This document shows, piece by piece, positions 13,504-24,779 of a DNA stretch of 64,000 nt; within the stretch, counting starts at the first letter, position 1; each line of letters opens with the position of its first letter. The notes beneath the pieces are model-generated. The model was given only the letters and a program-made list of their open reading frames with translations. It had not been told where the DNA came from and searched no databases. The translations under genes were made by a program, and so were the position numbers. This DNA is from the human T2T-CHM13v2.0 reference genome, Homo sapiens: the NCBI RefSeq assembly GCF_009914755.1, contig NC_060934.1; one strand, written 5' to 3'.

Positions 13504-16500
13504 TCAATTCCCACCTATGAGTGAGAACATGCGGTGTTTGGTTTTCTCTCCTTGCGATAGTTTGCTCAGAATGATGGTTTCTAGCTTCATCCATGTCCCT
13601 ACAAAGGACATGAACTCATCCTTTTTATGGCTGCATAGTATTCCATGGTGTATATGTGCCACATTTTCTTAATCCAGTCTATCATTGATGGACATTTAGG
13701 TTGGTTCCAAGTCTTTGCTATTGTGAATAGTGCCACAATAAACATACGTTTTCATGTGTCTTTATAGTAGCATGATTTATAATCCTTTGTGTATATACCC
13801 AGTAATGGGATTGCTGGGTCAAATGGTATTTTTAGTTCTAGACCCTTGAGGAATCGCCGCACTGTCTTCCACAATGGTTGAACTAGTTCACACTCCCACC
13901 AACAGTGTAAAATTGTTCCTATTTCTCCACATCCTCTCCAGCATCTGTTGTTTCCTGACTTTTTAATGATCACCATTCTAACTGGTGTGAGATGGTATCT
14001 CATTGTGGTTTTGATTTGCATTTCTCAGATGACCAGTGATGATGAGGATTTCTTCATGTGTTTGTTGGTTGCATACATTTCTTTTTTTGAGAAGTGTCTC
14101 TTCATATCCTTTGCCCACTTTTTGATGGGGTTGTTTGATTTTTTCTTGTAAATTTGTTTAAGTTTATTGTAGATTCTGGATATTAGCCCTTTGTCAGATG
14201 GGTAGATTGCAAAAATTTTCTCCCATTCTGTAGGTTGCATGTTCACTCTGACGGTAATGTCTTTTGCTGTGCAGAAGCTCTTTAGTTTATTTAGACCCTA
14301 TTTGTCTACTTTGACTTTTGTTGCCATTGCTTTTGGTGTTTTAGTCATGATGTCCTTGCCCATACCTATGTCCTGAATGGTATTGCCTAGGTTTTCTTCT
14401 AGGGTTTTTATGGTTTTAAGTTTAACGTTTAAGTCTCTAATCCATCTTGAATTAATTTTTGTATAAGGTGTAAGGAAGGGATCCAGTTTCAGCTTTCTAC
14501 ATATAGCTAGCCAGTTTTCCCAGCACCATTTATTAAATAGGGAATCTTTTCCCCATTTCTTGTTTTTGTCAGGTTTGTCAAAGATCAGATGGTTGTAGAT
14601 GTGTGGTGTTATTTCTGAGGCCTCTGTTCTATTCCATTGGTCTATATCTCTGTTTTGGTACCAGTACCATGCTGTTTTGGTGACTGTAGCCTTGTAGTAT
14701 AGTCTGAAGTCAGGTAGCGTGATGCCTCCAGCTTTGTTCTTTTCCCTTAGGATTGTCTTGGTAATGCAGGCTCTTTTTTGGTTCCATATAAACTTTAAAG
14801 TAGTTTTTTTTTTTCCGATTCTCTGAAGAAAGTCATTGGTAGCTTGATGGGGATGGCATTAAATCTATCAATTACCTTTGACAGTATGGCCATTTTAACA
14901 ATGTTGATTCTTCCTATCCATGAGCATGGAACGTTCTTCCATTTGTTTGTGTTCTCTTTTATTTCATTGATCAGTGGTTTATAGCTCTCCTTGAAGTGGT
15001 CCTTCACATCCCTTGTAAGTTGGATTCCTAGGTATTTTATTCTCCTTGTAGCAATTGTGAATGGGAGTTCACTCATGATTTGGCCCTTGTTTGTCTGCTA
15101 TTTGTGTATAGGAATTCTTGTGATTTTCGCAGATTGATTTTGTGTCCTGAGATTTTGCTGAAGTTGCTTATCAGCTTAAGGAGACTTTGGGCTGAGGCCA
15201 TGGGGTTTTCTAAATATACAATCATGTCATCTTCAAACAGGGACAATTTGACTTCCTCTTTTCCTAATTGAATACCCTTTATTTCTTTCTCTTGCCTGAT
15301 TGACCTGGCCAGAACTTCCAACACTATGTTGAATAGGATGGTGAGAGAGGGCATCCCTGTCTTGTGCCAGTTTTCAAAGGGAATGCTTCCAGTTTCTGCC
15401 CATTCAGTATGATATTGGCTGTGAGTTCGTCATAAATAGCTCTTATTATTTTGAGATACATTCCATCAATACCTAATTTATCGAGAGTTTTTAGCATGAA
15501 GTGCTGTTGAATTTTGTTGAAGGCATTTTCTGCATCTATTGAGATAATTATGTGGTTTTTATCTTTGGCTCTTTATGTGATGGATTACGTTTATTGATTT
15601 GCATATGTTGAACCAGCCTTGCATCCCAGGGATGAAACCAACTTGATCATGGTGGATAAGCTTTTTGATGTGCTGCTGGATTTGGTTTGTCAGCATTTTA
15701 TTGAGGATTTTTGCATAGATGTTCGTCAGAGATATTGGTCTAAAATTCTCTTTTTTTGTTGTGTCTCTACCAGGCTTTGGTATCAGGATGATGTTGGCCT
15801 CAAAAAATGAGTGAGGGAGGATTCCCTCTTTGTCTATTGATTGGAATTGTTTCAGAAGGAATGGTACCAGCTCTTCTTTGTACCTCTGGAAGAATTCGGC
15901 TGTGAATCCATCTGGTCCTGGACTTTTTTTGGTTTGTAAGCTATTAATTATTGCCTCAATTTCAGAGCCTGTTATTGGTCTATTCAGGGATTCAACTTCT
16001 TCCTGGTTTAGTCTTGGGAGGGTGTATGTGTCCAGGAATTTAGCCATTTCTTCTAGAATTTCTAGTTTATTTGTGTAGAGGTGTTTATAGTATTCTCTGA
16101 TGGTAGTTTGTATTTCTGAGGGATCAGTGGTGATATCCCCTTTATCATTTTTTATTGTGTCTATTTGATTCTTCTCTTTTCTTCTTTATTAGTCTTGCTA
16201 GTCGTCTATCAGTTTTGTTGATTTTTTCAAAAAACCAGCTCCTGGATTCATTGATTTTTTGAAGGGTTTTTTTGTGTCTCTCTCTCCTTCAGTTCTGCTC
16301 TGATCTTAGTTATTTCTTGTCTTCTGCTAGCTTTTGAATTTGTTTGCTTTTGCTTCTCTAGGCCTTTTAATTGTGAAGTTAGGGTATCGATTTTAGATCT
16401 TTCCTGCTTTCTCTTGTGGGCATTTAGTGCTATAAATTTCCCTCTACACACTGCTTTAAATGTGTCCCAGAGATTCTGATACATTGTGCCTTTGTTCTCA

Positions 16501-17338
16501 TTGGTTTCAAAGAATATCTTTATTTCTGCCTTCATTTCATTACTTACCCACTAGTCGTTCAGGAGCAGGTTGTTCAGTTTCCATGTAGTTGTGTGGTTTT
16601 GCGTCTAAGTTGCTTAATCCTGAGTTCTAATTTGATTGCACTGTGGTCTGAGAGACAGTTTGTTGTGATTTCTGTTCTTTTACATTTGCTGAGGCGTGCT
16701 TTACTTCCAACTATGTGGTCAATTTTGGAATAAGTGCAATGTGGTGCTGAGAAGAATGTATATTCTGTTGATTTGGAGTGGAGAGTTCTGTAGATGTCTA
16801 TTAGGTCTGCTTGGTGCAGAGCTGATTTCAAGTCCTGGATATCCTTGTTACCCTTCTGTCTCATTGATCTGTCTAATATTGACAGAGGGGTGTTAAAGTC
16901 TCCCATTATTATTGTGTGGGAGTCTAAGTCTCTTTCTAGGTCTCTAAGGACTTGCTTTATGAATCTGGGTGCTCCTGTATTGGGTGCATATATATTTAGG
17001 ATAGTTAGCCCTTCTTGTTGAATTGATCCCTTTACCATTATGCAATGGCCTTCTTTGTCTCTTTTGATCTTTGTTGGTTTAAAGTCTGTTTATCAGAGAC
17101 TAGGATTGCAACCCCTGCTTTTTTTTTTTTTTTTTTTTTTTTGCTTTTCCATTTTGCTTTCCATTTGCTTTATTTTGAGCCTATGTGTGTCTCTGCACAT
17201 GAGATGGGTCTCCTGAATACAGCACACTGTTTGTTCTTGACACTTTATCCAATTTGCCAGTCTGTGTCTTTTAATTAGTGCATTTAGCCCATTTACGTTT
17301 AAGATTAATATTGTTATGTGTGAATTTGATCCTGTCAT
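13504..17338 (-). pseudogene. L1 ORF2 (endonuclease/reverse transcriptase), disrupted
   Basis: Starts MTGSNSHITILILNVNGLN; fragments in several frames (16574-17038, 15559-16047, 15073-15354 with FEDD in place of FADD, 14795-15076, 13752-14246). Confidence 0.93.
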
Positions 17339-17401
17339 TATGATGTTAGCTGGTTATTTTGCCCATTAGTTGATGCAGTTTCTTCCTAGCATCGATGGTC
17401 T

Positions 17402-18417
17402 TTACAATTTGGCATGTTTTTGCAATGGCTGCTACCAGTTGTTCCTTTCCATGTTTAGTGCTTCCTTCAGGAGCTCTTGTAAAGCAGGCTTGGTGGTGAC
17501 AAAATCTCTCAGCATTTGCTTGTCTGTAAAGGATTTTATTTCTCCTTCACTTATGACGCTTAGTTTGGCTGGATATGAAATTCTGGGTTGAAAATTCTTT
17601 TCTTTAAGAATGTTGAATATTGCCCCCCACTTCTTGTTTGTAGGGTTTCTGCTGAGAGATCCACTGTTAGTCTGATGGGCTTCCCTTTGTTGGTAACCCG
17701 ACCTTTCTCTCTGGCTGCCCTTAACAGTTTTTCCTTCATTTCAGCCTTGGTGAATCTGACAATTGTGTGTCTTGCGGTTGCTCTTCTCGAGGAGTATCTT
17801 TGTGGTGTTCCCTGTATTTTCTGAATTTGAATGTTGGCCTGCCTTGCTAGGTTGGGGAAGTTTTCCTGGATAATATCCTGAAGAGTGTTTTCCAGCTTGG
17901 TTCCATTCTCTCTGTCACTTTCAGGTCACCAATCAAACATAGATTTGGTCTTTTCACATAGTCCCATATTTCTTGGAGGCTTTGTCCCTTTCTTTTTACT
18001 CTTTTTTCTCTAAACTTCTTGCTTCATTTCATTCATTTGATCTTCAGTCACTGATACCCTTTCTGCCACTTGATCAAATCGGCTACTGAAGTTTATGCAT
18101 GCATCATGTAGTTCTTATACCATGGTTTTCAGCTCCATGAGGTCATTTAAGGTCTTCTCTACACTGTTTATTCTAGTTAGCCATTTGTCTAATATTTTTT
18201 CAAGGTTTTTAGCTTCCTTGTGATGAGTTCAAACACCCTCCTTTAGCTCAGAGAAGTTTGTTATTACTGACCTTCTGAAGCCTACCTCTGTCAACTCGTC
18301 AAAGTCATTCTCCGTACAGCTTTGCTCCATTGCTGGCGAGGAGCTGTGATCCTTTGGAGGAGAAGAGATGCTCTGGTTTTTGGAATTTTCAGCTTTTCTG
18401 CTCTGGTTTCTCCCCAT
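17402..18417 (-). pseudogene. L1 ORF1 (RNA-binding chaperone), disrupted
   Basis: Starts MGRNQSRKAENSKNQS...ENDFDELTEVGFRRS and stops after 62 codons (CGA>TGA-type change). Confidence 0.9.
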
Positions 18418-19454
18418 CTTTGTGATTTTATCTGCCTTTGGTCTTTGATGATGGTGACCTACAGGTAGGATTTTGGTGTGGATGTCCTTTTTGCTGATCT
18501 TGATGTTATTCCTTTCTGTTTGTTAGTCTTCCTTCTAACAGTCTGGTCCCTCAGTTGCAGGTCTGTTCAAGTTTGCTGGAGCTCTACTCCAGACCCTGTT
18601 GCCTGGGTATCACCAGCAGAGGGTGCAGAACAGCAAATATTACAGAACAGCAAATATTGCTGCCTGATCCTTCCTCTGGAAGCTTCATCTCAGAGGGGCA
18701 CCCAACTGTATGAGATGTCAGTCAGCTCCTACTTGGAGGTGTCTCCCAGTTAGGCTACACGGGGGTCTGGGACCCACTTGAGGAGGCAGTCTATCTGTTC
18801 TCAGAGCTCAAACACCATTCTGGGAGAACCACTGCTCTCTTCAGAGCTGTCAGACAGGGACGTTTAAGTCTGCAGAAGTTTCTGCTGCCTTTTGTTCAGC
18901 TATGCCCTGCCCCCAGAGATGGAGTCTACAGAGGCAGGCAGGCCTCACTGAGCTGCGGTGAGCTCCACCCAGTTAGAGCTTCCAGGCCACTTTGTTTACC
19001 TACTCAAGCCTCAGCAATGGCAGACGCCCCTCCCCCAGCCAGGCTGCCGCCTCACAGCTCAATCTTGGACTGCTGCGCTAGCAGTCAACAAGGCTCCATG
19101 GGCTGGGGACCTGCCGAGCCAGGTGCAGGATATAATCTCCTGGTGTGCCGTTTGCTAAGACCATTGGAAAAGCACAGTATTTGGTTGGCAGTGTCCCGAT
19201 TTTCCAGCTACAGTATGTCACGACTTCCCTTGGCTCAGAAAGGGAAATCCCCAGATCCCTTGCACTTCCCGGGTGAGGCGATGCCCTGCCCTGCTTTGGC
19301 TTGCCCTCCATGGGCTGCACCCACTGTCCAACCAGTCCCAATGAGATGAACCAGGTACCTCATTTGGAAATGCAGAAATCACCCATCTTCTGTGTTGACC
19401 ATGCTGGGAGCTGCAGACTGCTGTTCCTATTCAGCCATCTTGGAACTGGCTCCC
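18418..19454 (-). promoter_or_regulatory. L1 5' UTR with internal sense promoter (YY1 motif) and antisense promoter
   Basis: YY1-type aagatggc near the 5' end (cagccatcttgg at ~19432-19443 on +); 1037 bp from element start to ORF1 ATG; many CpGs decayed. Confidence 0.8.
19017..19349 (+). CDS. L1 antisense ORF0 homologue, open for 110 codons (expression unknown)
   Basis: MADAPPPARLPPHSSILDCCASSQQGSMGWGPAEPGAGYNLLV... aligns to recalled L1HS ORF0 MAGAPPPASLPPCSLISDCCASNQRDSVGVGPSEPG...; start context gcaATGG. Confidence 0.7.
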   Translation: MADAPPPARLPPHSSILDCCASSQQGSMGWGPAEPGAGYNLLVCRLLRPLEKHSIWLAVSRFSSYSMSRLPLAQKGKSPDPLHFPGEAMPCPALACPPWAAPTVQPVPMR

Positions 19455-20416
19455 TACATTTTTTTCTTTATGCAACTGAATGCTTATGCTTACTCTAAGG
19501 TAAGGAACACTGGGAGAGACTACTATTGGAAGGGAAGACTGTAAGTTTCAACTTGGAGATACTGAGTCTGAGGTATCTAAGAGATGCCCAAGGGAAAAAA
19601 TGAAACAGGAAATAGGAGATTGGTCATACTTAAGTGGCCACATGTTTAGGTTTATTTCAGACAGTAAAGTTTATGCCAATTGTGCCAGTGAAATACAATT
19701 TATAGTGCCTTCCCCCACTCCTAAAATTAGTTCTTTAGGTATATGGCATCAGAACTTGATCAGAGCTGAAGACATATTTGGTAGTCTTCTGCATCTGAAT
19801 TTAAGTACTGGGAATAGATTTTGTTACTTAAGGAGACAGCATCAAGTGAGAAAAGAAAAGAATCAAGGACGACGGCTTTAAAATTCCAATAACAATATTG
19901 AGAACATTGAGTCTACAAAGGAGGTAAAGATATGCCTAGTTTTGTGGAAAGACAAAAAAAGAGATAATAATTTCTACATGTTTCTGTAAAAAATAGCAAA
20001 TGGCTCTAAGTTGACAGAGCCTTGATAAAAATTAAAATTGATAAATGATATTAATATGTTTGATTCTAAGATCCTCCCATCTCTTCCAAAATATTAGTTT
20101 CTGAGGCAGCACTGGTATATCACTAGAAGAGAGGAATCAAAACATGGTAAAAAGGAGAGAAAAGGCCAAGAAGGAGCAATGTTGATTGCTGCGCCAGGAA
20201 GGAGATCTAGTCATTCTATTTGGTGAAGCAGATTGTAAGGAGGTTTGGACAGATGTAAATTTCAAGCTGGAAATACTCCAGACCATCTCCAGAGCCACAG
20301 GACATCCACAACATGTACAATAATGCCAGGGACACAGCCGAATCTTTATGAATAGTGTCAATTGAGAAGCTAATTTATTTGCTTGGCACCTAATTCTTCT
20401 GTGTTTTCATACCAAT

Positions 20417-20898
20417 TGTGGCAGGCAGAATAATGGACCCTCAAAGTTGCCCCCATCCTAATTCCCCAACCTGTGAATACCTTACACAGCAAATGGAATT
20501 TTGGATACGTGATTAGGTTAAGAAAATTGAGATGGGAAGGTTACTCTGCATGATCTGAGTGGGACTAATACAATCACGAGAATCTTTACAAGAGGATGGT
20601 AGGAGTATCAGGGTAAGAGACAGATTCGAAGATGCTAGTCAGCTGCCTTTGAAAAATAGAGGAAGAGACCCTGAGCCAAGGAATGTGAATGGCATCTAGA
20701 AGCTGGAAAAGATAAGGACAGGGATTCTTCCCTAGAGCCTCCAGAAGGAGCACAGCTTGGTTTGGCACCTTGGTTTTAGCTCAGTAAGACTCATTTGGAA
20801 CTTTTGGCTTCCAGAAATGTAAGAGAATAAATCCATGCTGTGTTAGGGCATTACGCTTGTGGTAATTTATTACAATAGCAATAGAAAATGAACCTATC
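20417..20898 (+). mobile_element. MaLR solo LTR (MLT1D-like)
   Basis: tgtggcaggcagaataatgg...gagccaaggaatgtgaatggcatctagaagctggaaaag...tgtggtaatttattacaatagcaatagaaaatgaa. Confidence 0.85.
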
Positions 20899-21359
20899 AA
20901 CACACCCGGGAATGTAAACTGATAAGCACTTTTTCATGCTCTGAAATCAGAAGCAATGAATTCTTTTCAGAAAACTCTTTTCAAGTATTTAAGTTTCTGC
21001 ATGCTAACTGGGACTGAGTCTCAGAAGATGACACAGGCAAATATTTACACACAAATTTAGATTTTTAAACCAATAATGAATGGAAAATTTGATTCCACAA
21101 AAGAATTACTTACCTTGAATCACATAGCCAGGCATTGATAAATTAGCAGTAGAATCCAAGTCGCCTTAAATCCCCACCAGTGCATATAGTTTCCTACTGA
21201 CTTTTATTTACTGAACCTGTGTACGTTCTTCTAAATCAACTAAACACAGTTCACTTTGAAAGGAATGTTTCATTCCTCTGTAGAACTACTGGTTTATAAT
21301 TTATATTGTAGGGTAAAACAATAGTTAAAAGGTATAGCCCATGGCATAGAGAAATTTCT

Positions 21360-21760
21360 ATTCATTTATTCAGTCACTCATTTAATCCATAATTCATTTA
21401 TTTATTCATTCAACATCATGCAAGTGTGAGGGGCTACGATATGCCAGACACTGCTATAGAGACTGGACATAATGTTGACTAGGACAGACAAGAGTTCTAT
21501 TATCACAGAATTTTTATTCTAGGAGGAAAAGACAGATAATAAACACCCAAAGTAAATAATAAGCTGCCAACTAATGATAATGGCCGTATTGTGATAGGCG
21601 TACCGGAGGTCTGGAGTGGTCACAAGAGTCTCTCTAAGGAGATAATATTTAAGTTTATGCCTAAATGAACAGAAAAATCCAGACACAGGAAATAACATTT
21701 TAGGTAGAAGAAATAACAATAGCCACAGGGAGCTGTGTGGTCCCATGGATTTAATTTGCG
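21360..21760 (-). mobile_element. L2 3' fragment
   Basis: (attc)n-like terminus then tgccagacactgctatagagactgga. Confidence 0.6.
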
Positions 21761-21809
21761 TTACGGACTGCAATGTACTGAGTAAGACAGACATGTCTGT
21801 AAATTATGG

Positions 21810-21975
21810 TTTTATTACAAATTGGATATGTCATCGCAGGTAAGTTATTTATCTGAGACTCAACTTCTTTATCTCTAAAATGGGGTTATTAAACATACTC
21901 CAGTGAGTTGTGGTAAAGAATAAATTAGATAGTATTTGTGGACGTGCTTAGCATATAGTAGAAAGCTCAATGCAT
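21810..21975 (+). mobile_element. MIR
   Basis: ggtaagttatttatctgagactcaacttctttatctctaaaatgggg...gtgcttagcat. Confidence 0.65.
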
Positions 21976-23671
21976 TGTATACTTTTTTCCTTTGAAAGAG
22001 AAGGCACATAATGCTTACTCTGGCACAATTCTTATTTCAAAGAGATCCTCTTAAAACATTCAAATGGATATAGGGGAGTGGAGTCAGAGGAAAAGATCCG
22101 GGGGAATTGCAGTCTATTCACAGCTGAGAGAAGAGATTGAATGGTGCGATTGGGTGGTAGTCAGTCATGCTGAAGAAACATCTCCAATCAAGGAGAGAAA
22201 GGTTCAAAATAAAATACAGTGAATAGAAAATAGCGGGTTGTGCTGATCTGGTGGTGAAAATCACAGAATTTGGACATCACTCAACTCCAATTCATCAGTT
22301 TAAAAGCAATGTCCTTCCTTTGATTATTTTCCCAAACCAGCTAATTAAAAATGTCTTTGCCCAGTGAGAGACCATGATTGACAACAACCATCTCTTAAAG
22401 CTACAACTATTTAACAGTGTGTTTCCTTTATTCTAACATTTGCACTTATAATGGATGAGTTGTCATCACTGTGAAATTATCTGAGCACAATCTAGTGTAT
22501 GTTGCAATGCCCTCCCTTGTCTCTCTGGGATAGTAAGCAGCAAGCCCTTACTGGTGAGCAGGCTGAGGTCAGCCACGGCAGAGTTGGGGCTAATGGCTCA
22601 ATACCAACAGCTCACAATGTTGCTTGTCAAGCACCATTAGGAGGCACAGTCCCAGGGCTAGCTGCAGGAAACTCAACAGTCATTCCTAGGAGTAGTGCCC
22701 AGAGCAGTTCCCTGGAGAAGCCCAAGAAATCCAGGCTCCGAGGGGGCAAATAGAAATGTTATTAAATGTCTGTCTTGTGTCAGATCCTCCTCAGGGGACT
22801 ATGAAGAATGCAAAATTCAGCAAGCATTCAGCATTTCTATGCTTTCTTTTCTTAAAGTTCAGACTTCTTTATCTCATGATCACTACTCAACCAATACAAT
22901 CTATCTTCCATTACCACCACTCACCAAAACCGATCTCCCTAATGCCAAACAGAGTGCCCACATCTCAGATGCCTACAAAGGCAAGGTGTTGACCTTCTTA
23001 CCACCGTCCTCTCCCTTGGACAATATGATAAACAAAATATCATTTTCTTGCTACTTCTTTGTTATGTATTAGTCTCCATTTCTAGGTGTTTGCCTTTACC
23101 TGGCCATTAGATATGTTGGTCTCCAAACAAGAATTTTGAGTCTCTTCTATTCTATCTTTGCATGCTCCTCCTGACAACACAAACATGACCATGGAACCAG
23201 TCACCAACCAAATGTTGAACACCCATTCTGGCAGAAACATTTGTGCCACCTCAAAATTCACAGACGTGCATGGGTTGTGAATAGACAAATGAGCATGGGT
23301 TTTTTCTCTTGACAGCTCAGGACGTCAAAGAGACACTACATCAGCTGTCCATCTTGCAACCTAAACACAGACTATACAAAGGGGATTATAATAAATCTAG
23401 AGGCATTTTATCTAAATCTCCAACTTATTTGCAAATACTTTAGCAATTTTATAATTTGAATCAACATAAGTCCTGATCCCATGATAAGAAAAAGCACATG
23501 TAACTCACACATCAATTGGCATTTCCTGGCCTTTTGATACCTTGTTAAGATCATCTAGAATCTTCATTCAATATTTTGTGGAATATTAACTTTCTCAGAG
23601 ATTGTTTTTAAATACATAAGAGACCAAGGCTTTCATGACAGCCTTTACCTAGTTTCATTACTTTCTCTCTC

Positions 23672-23959
23672 TTTTCTTTTTCTTTTTTTTTTTTTGAGAC
23701 AGAATCTCACTCTATCACTCAGGCTGGAGTGCAGTGGCACCATCTCCTCTCACTGCAACCTCTGCTTCCCAAATGCAAGTGATTCTAGTGCCTCAGCCTC
23801 CCAAGTAGGTGGGATTACAGGGATGCTCCACCACACCCGGCTAATTTTTGTATTTTTAGTAGAGACAGCGTTTCACCTTGTTGGCCAGGCTGGTCTCAAG
23901 CCCGTGACCTCAGCTTCCCAAAGTGCTGGGATTACAGATGTGAGTTACTGTGCCCAGCC
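23672..23959 (-). mobile_element. AluS with an ~18-bp deletion in the left arm
   Basis: Dimeric Alu; gacctcagcttcccaaag lacks the gtgatccgcccgcct segment; degenerate TSD attactttctctct / attacttactcttt. Confidence 0.9.
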
Positions 23960-24035
23960 AATTACTTACTCTTTCTATAAATGTTGTTTCTAGTTTCACA
24001 GCATGGTGTTGTGAAAAACAATCACTTAGATTTTA

Positions 24036-24100
24036 CTCTCTCTCCTCTCTTCTCTCTCACACACACACACAGGCACACGCACACCACAAACTTACACACA
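24036..24100. repeat. (CT)n(CA)n microsatellite
   Basis: ctctctctcctctcttctctctcacacacacacacaggcacacgcacac. Confidence 0.75.
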
Positions 24101-24779
24101 TCTTCATTCTTAGATACAGACTTCACTGACAGTTGTGTCTGTTTGAGTGTGTGATGAGCTTTACAAATGTTGGTTGTAGATGAGAATAAGGAGACTAAGA
24201 AAAGTTTTAACCCAGCAGCAGTGCAAAACAATAGACATCTTTATTCTTAAATTTTCTTCTCTTTGGTATTTCTTATCCAGATGAGATATCATAGGCCAGT
24301 GTCTCCTTGATTCTCTCCACTAAGAATAACTATAACTGCTGAAAATAATGCAAGAAGCACTCAACAAGAACTCTAAAGCATATAAAGAGAAAGGCATACT
24401 GGTGAGGGAACCCAGAACCGGAAGAGCAATCTACTGGCAGGGAAAACTTCAGTCCCCCTACCCCACCCAACAAAGGAAAGCAATCCAGGCTTAATTTCTT
24501 CCAGCCCTCATCTTAACAGCAGAGAGCAGCCCAGGTAGGATCATTCTTCTGCTGGGTTGAACGGGGGTCCCTCTGACAACAATGGTTGTCACTTTCTGAG
24601 TCATTATTATGCCTTGATGCAGACTGAGTACCTGGTGAGGGAAAGCAAGTGACCTTGTAAACGTCACAAACTGGGTACTTTGTGTGCAGCAAATTATTCC
24701 AGTTATAGCTGCATGCAGAAAGAGCACTGAAAGACAGTGGGGAAGGAGTCAGACTTCAAGTGATGCATCTGTTTATCTA

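Larger units (their letters stand above)
13292..19454 (-). mobile_element. Full-length L1PA5/L1PA6-like LINE-1 (~6.16 kb), retrotransposition-defective
   Basis: 5' end gggagccagttccaagatggctgaataggaacagc, ORF1, ORF2 and 3' UTR all present; TSD tacattttttctt (13278-13290) / tacatttttttctt (19455-19468); multiple stops and frameshifts. Confidence 0.95.
13020..20050 (-). mobile_element. L2 fragment split by the full-length L1PA insertion
   Basis: L2-like ttttacattttgaaaagattattctggctgatgtgtggagaatg at 13.1 kb, continuing (gtttcaacttggagatactgagtctgaggtatct) after 19470. Confidence 0.5.

Noticed and set aside
24330-24600. Possible ancient L1M 5'-end fragment
   Set aside because: Resemblance too weak to call without a consensus search
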